A program made the position numbers and the translations under genes. Below the pieces are notes generated by a model. That model was given only the letters and a program-made list of their open reading frames with translations, had not been told where the DNA came from and did not search any database. A stretch of DNA of 64,000 nucleotides from Guillardia theta CCMP2712 (lineage: Eukaryota; Protista; Cryptophyta): positions 146,535 through 210,534 of the forward strand of contig NW_005434623.1 of the NCBI RefSeq assembly GCF_000315625.1. Direction: 5' to 3'. Shown piece by piece: positions 59,141 to 64,000 of the stretch. Position 1 is the stretch's first letter. Every line of letters starts with the position of its first letter.

Positions 59141-60234
59141 TGCTGCTTGGTCTGATCGACGAGCGCTGGGATCTGAGGAGAGGGAGGGAGGGGGGGGGAG
59201 ATGGGAGGGTGTGAAGGAAGAACATATCAGGCTCAGTGGGGCTCCGCCATTTTACAACAGCGGTCTGTGATTCGAAAAGACATCAGTTCGGAAGCAAGTG
59301 GCGGTTTGTAGAAACACACAAACTTATGCATTATACATAATGGAAAAAGTAAAAATTCCACTGCACCCGCTATTATATATATTTAAGTCGTTTTTTCACT
59401 GGTCATTATACCGAATTATTCTTTTTTATGTATAACTGTAGATTATAACAAAAGTAACTCCGATTTTTTGGGATCCTGTTAGTGGGTTGTCACGTTACTA
59501 CACTCTCGTGCTCCATACCCCACCCCCCAGTCAGAACCATTTGACAGCGACTTTCTTTCTTCAACCCCACCCCGTATTTCGGAAATCTCATGACCCCATT
59601 AAGTGGTCTCACTCCTATTTGAGATTTGGTTTCATTCTCTTAACTCCATGGTTTCATTTTCAAATTTGACCAATGAGAGTTTGAAAGATAATCAACACTA
59701 TGTACCTTTCACGATTGCACCACCCACCTCCCTCATCCCACCGACCACCCCCTCTCACCCGCCTGTCGCACTCGGGGGCTCCTCAAGAGACAACGATGGC
59801 ACCCCCTTCGACTAGCCTCTTCCGCCCGCCATGACGGCGGGCTAGCAGAGAAAGGTAACTCTATCCTAGAGGATCCAAGGCGAGCATCGCTATCACTAGC
59901 CTTGCAGCTTCTTGACTCTGCCATGATGATCGTCTTGAGGGGGAGAAGCCGGTCAGGAAGTGGTGTTCGTGGGTTTTTTTAAGGATGCGACCACGCTCCC
60001 TCCCACGAACTTCGATTGTCTAAACCCACACACCGAATTTTCTTGGCTCGGTGGAGGGGACAGCTTATAGGGTTGACGACTCTACTGCGGGAGATGATTG
60101 CTCTGTTCTGGGTACACGTCAGGAGACTTGCCAGCACACAAATCAACACTGAGTGAAGGGAAACGACTGTGCGCGTGCTTGAAACTATTGAATCACGAGG
60201 ATAATTTCAAAACTGTGATTGAAAAACGAACACT

Positions 60235-61700
60235 ATGAGTTTGGACACGGATGTGGACAGCAAGCAGGTCAACAATGAGATTTTCGCCATGATGAAGGTA
60301 ATACACGCAGACTCCAACAAACTGAGCAACACCGAGAAGCTCGACGAACTTAGTCAGAGGCTCCTCAACAATGTTGCATCTCAGCTCAGGTGGTGTTTTG
60401 TGGACAGCACCGGCCTCATGTGGGATCCGGAGAGGAGGGAACTCGTGGGCTCCCCTGACTGGACGAGGATTTGTCGGCTGCTCTTCGGGGAGGTACGTGA
60501 GAACGGGACCTGGGTCCTGGTCAACAGCCGGCCGTATTGCATGCACAATAGGATCTGCAAGAGGCCATCGGCAGCTCATTCCTTTCTTGAGCGCTACGGC
60601 ATCCATGCGAACCTTGAGAAGGCAACCCATGCTCATATCACCATCGCCAAGATCGCCAAGGTTGATCCCAAGTGGCTGGAGACCAATCTGAGCATTTCTT
60701 CGGATTTGGCAACCAGGATTCGGCAAGAGGCTGGTGCAGAGATCGCAAGGTGCTGTGACTGCATGGAGCGATGGTCGGCGCTGTTTAAGGACACCTTTGG
60801 CAACCCTTACGCCGACCCCGTCCCCAAGTACAAGGAGACCCCGCAGAAGCGACTCTGGACGCTGCTGTGGCACCTGAAGCACTTGCACGAGGCCGGGGTA
60901 ATTAAGATCATCTCTGAGGATCAGATGAATTGCATCCTCGGGTTCAACCTGCTCGTCGTGCAGCAGCCTGAATTTCACCAGGAGATCTCCAAGTTCGTCC
61001 TGACAAACAGCAGCTGGGCCGCTCGCCGAGGGGCATCCAACATCCCTACCCGTGAGAAACTTTGTGCCTGTCGCCTCCATCCATCTTTTCTCTATGGTTT
61101 CTATATCACTTGTGTTTACCCCCTCCGTCCTTGCACCTCTGTCTTTCCTTCTCTGTTCGTGTACCTCTCTCTCTCCTTCCATATGTCTCTCTTTCCTTCT
61201 CTGTTCGTGTACCTCTCTCTTTCCTGCCTCGTCCTCGTATCTCTCTCGTTCCTCCTTCTCGTTCTTGTTGCTCTGTCCTTCCTCCGTCCTTGTGCACATC
61301 TCTTTCCTTCTCTGTTCTTGTGCATTTCTCTTTCCTGCCTTTTACTTGCCAGATGTACCACTACCTTTCATTCTTGTTGTTCTGCCTTCCTTTCCACTGT
61401 GCTTGTGCCTCTCTTGTTCCGTCGTGAATCTCATCAAGGCCACTCTCCTCGCTGACTGCCTTGCTGACTGGCAGGCCCCGTGTACGAGCTGCTGCGCATG
61501 ATCGGAGTGGCCCCTGTCTCTGAATCTCGAGGACCTAAGGAGTTTGATCCGACGCCCGGCAAGGTGCAGTAGTGCGATGACGTGCACAGTTGCTGTCAGT
61601 TTTCCGTTCTCCCCGTGTTGCTGTTCTCGTATCGTTGTCTTCCTGGTCAATGATCCTTATGTCCTCCAGGCTGGAAATGAGCAGGATCAGATGTATGCGA
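60235..61700 (+). CDS. hypothetical protein; 3' end uncertain
   Basis: Coding-like first ~270 codons of ORF 60235-61455. The tail is a CT-rich intron with ~31-bp repeats (61142-61335). Confidence 0.5.
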
Positions 61701-62264
61701 CAAGGTCCTGAGATCCTGCGACTTGTGCATGGCAGTTTGACATGAATGAGTGCAGATACCAGTATAGCCACCATGAGATGATGAGGAACTGTTATCGTCT
61801 GATCGTCAACGCGGAGTATCGGAGGCGACCGGAAGAGCCGGCGGGATAAATTACAACATGTCAAGGTGTTGTTTGATGTTATGGAACCGGCGGATTCTCC
61901 GTATTGTAAGAATCAGACTGTGAGCGGCACACGCTCCTTCTCCTTTATTCTCTTGTCCCCCTTATTCCCTTGTCTTGCCCGCTCTTCATCCCTCTCTTCT
62001 CTTCCCTCCTCTGGGTTTCACTCTCTCCTGTCTCCTGCTATGACGGATTTTGTGTTCATGTCGTTCCTCCACCATCGTTCTCCTTTTTCTCCACCTCTGT
62101 CACTTGTTGTCTGTCTATCGATCCCTCTCTCGAAGTAGCTTGCTCTTTTCCTCTATTTTCCGTTGCTCGCAGAGAGAGAGAGAGTTTTCTGTTGCTCGCA
62201 AGCACGTTTTTGGGGAGTTTTTGTTTGTTCGGCGCCTCAGACCATGCCGAGAAATGAAAGATAG

Positions 62265-64000
62265 TTAAGAACAATACTTTTGAAAAGAATGAAACACATT
62301 TATCAGCAACATGTACATACATACACGGAGAACGTTACAGTCTCCTACAGCCTCATCCAAGAAACGCCCATTTTCTTCTCGATCGTTGTCGCAAAGCTTC
62401 TCATCTGCAAAGGGATCATTATCGCAGGAATGACTCATCGCGCTCACCATTCGCTCCCTCTCGCTCCTCCTTTCGTCAGCACGCCTCTTCACGTCCTCAT
62501 ACATCTGCGCTCGCTCTCCCATCAGCTCCTCTTGCCGCCTCCTCTCTGCTGAAAACCTCTCGCAGAGATTCCATCGTCGCCTCCTCCACTGGCTCCTTGC
62601 GCTCTAAAGGTTTACCGCTAATGGCCTTGTCCTCTCCCACAAAGGAGGAGAGCAAGTGCATGCAGTCAACTGACTTGCTCTCGGTCACCAAGAGCGGAGA
62701 AGCACCGAGGCACCTGTAGGCGATTCGTGAGCAGAAAGTGATGAAGGGAAGAGGGAGATCGGAGGATGAAGATAGGAGAGGGCGGGCGGGCAGGTAGAAT
62801 GCCGTCAGAACGGCGATGGTATCGGGTAAGTGGAGTCTGCGGAGGAGAATGGCACTGACACTGATGAGACAGAGACAATCGGAACGATGAATATTTGTAA
62901 GAAGGACTATGACCGTGACTGTGACGACGACGATGCACATGATGATGATGTTGTTGATGTTGAGAAAAGGTAGGGGGAGAAGGAGGAGGAGGAGGAGGAG
63001 GAGGAGGAGGAGGAGGAGGAGGAGGAGGAGGAGGAGGAGGAGGAGGAGGAGGAGAAGCAGGAGAGGTCCTCACCTGCAAACTTCCCGGTGGGACTCTAGC
63101 GAATTGCCGCCCGAGGGCCGAAAGCTCTTGCGGACGGTCGAAGACACAGCAGAGCTCCTGGTGTGTGTCGAGCTGACTGCGATCTTGTTCCTGCTCCATC
63201 CTCGTCATATCATGCATGGCCTGCATCCTTTCCTTGTGTCACCGGAGCTGTACGACCGTCGGGCCCAGGGACACGAGCAAGGAGCGGAGGTCGGAGAGGA
63301 GCTGAAGGAGAAGAGAGCATGTTACTAGGAACAACTGGATGTTTCCGTCAAACACGCACAAGGCTGGGTCAGACCTGGCAGGGGGGTTGCTGCGTGAATG
63401 CTTCGAGGTCAATCCGCGATCTTTCGTGGTCGGAATGCATCGCAGCGTTGGAGAGCCAAGAGTAGAAGAGAAGAAATTTCTTTCGAGATTCTGAGGAAGA
63501 GTTTGAGAACTTTTCATGCATGCAGAGAAGAAGGAGATCGGAACCAGCATCTGGTCTACTCGAGCCTTTCTTCACTTTCTTCTCGCACAGCTGGTAGGAG
63601 GTGTAAGAATGGTACTGGGGAACATCGGTTCCATGTTCCCACCTTCAGAATCTCTCCGAGAGTCGTTGCTTGTTTCATCTCTGCAAAGGTTTGTCAGTCA
63701 AAAGCGTGTCTGCACACAGCTCAGTACTTGTCCGATGAAGAAAATTGCACACTAGTCGGTCCAAGTGCATTTGCCTGTAGAAAAGCTCCATGAGGTATCT
63801 CAACAGTGCGCAAATTTGCAACCTGATGAACAGCTTCCTGCAGTCAAACTGTGCACGGAGTGAGTCGGCAGGGCTGAGAGAGAGGAAGGAGACTCACTTG
63901 TAGGAGGTTGAAGCTCATCAGAGCTGAACGAGATCTTGATCGCACTCCATCACATCTCCGATTCACTGAGAAGTTTCCTAAAGGGATAATGGTGACTTGG
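62265..64000 (-). CDS. hypothetical coiled-coil protein, 3' part (starts beyond window end)
   Basis: Coding-like exons (MQAMHDMTRMEQEQDRSQLD.., MGERAQMYEDVKRRADERRSERE..) with GT..AG boundaries. Confidence 0.4.

Noticed and set aside
1-64000. tRNA/rRNA genes
   Set aside because: No cloverleaf or rRNA-like conserved sequence was recognised by eye; a tRNAscan/Infernal run would be needed to exclude them.

Overview
This is eukaryotic nuclear DNA. It is intron-rich and gene-dense, with (GGA/TCC)n-filled introns and three N gaps. It is most likely from a cryptophyte alga (Guillardia theta-like). That is inferred from bipartite signal+Phe plastid presequences (ASA-F, VES-F, VLG-F), short introns with CTGAC branch points and frequent AAG acceptors, and a 'VFPRR'-type RWP-RK gene. 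Most long ORFs in the track are microsatellite artefacts, so genes were rebuilt by hand-splicing. Recognisable genes: TM9SF/EMP70; two convergent ABCG half-transporters (one with an in-frame 270-nt deletion removing Walker A); a Crinkler/RHS-type NTPase+restriction-endonuclease gene with a signal-like leader and LRGG motif; GT23-like and GT11 fucosyltransferases; a class V aminotransferase/cysteine desulfurase-like gene; a PTEN-like fragment inside an intron of a membrane-protein gene; a plastid-targeted IGPS-like protein; an RWP-RK transcription factor; an E2 ubiquitin-conjugating enzyme; DUF1499 and APE1/DUF2854 thylakoid proteins; an ARM-like protein; and several hypotheticals. The most unusual signal is non-coding. 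About 11 GC-rich intergenic islands are built from a small vocabulary of short palindromic words. Five of them carry a conserved AT-rich ~30-42 nt dyad unit (TTTACTCAAAGTTAAGTTAAA[A/G]ATCAGTAC). Two copies of a ~240-bp repeat (17.1 kb and 24.6 kb) show this unit as a clean filled/empty 42-nt indel, alongside many 1-7 nt micro-indels, which suggests an insertion/repair process acting on these islands.
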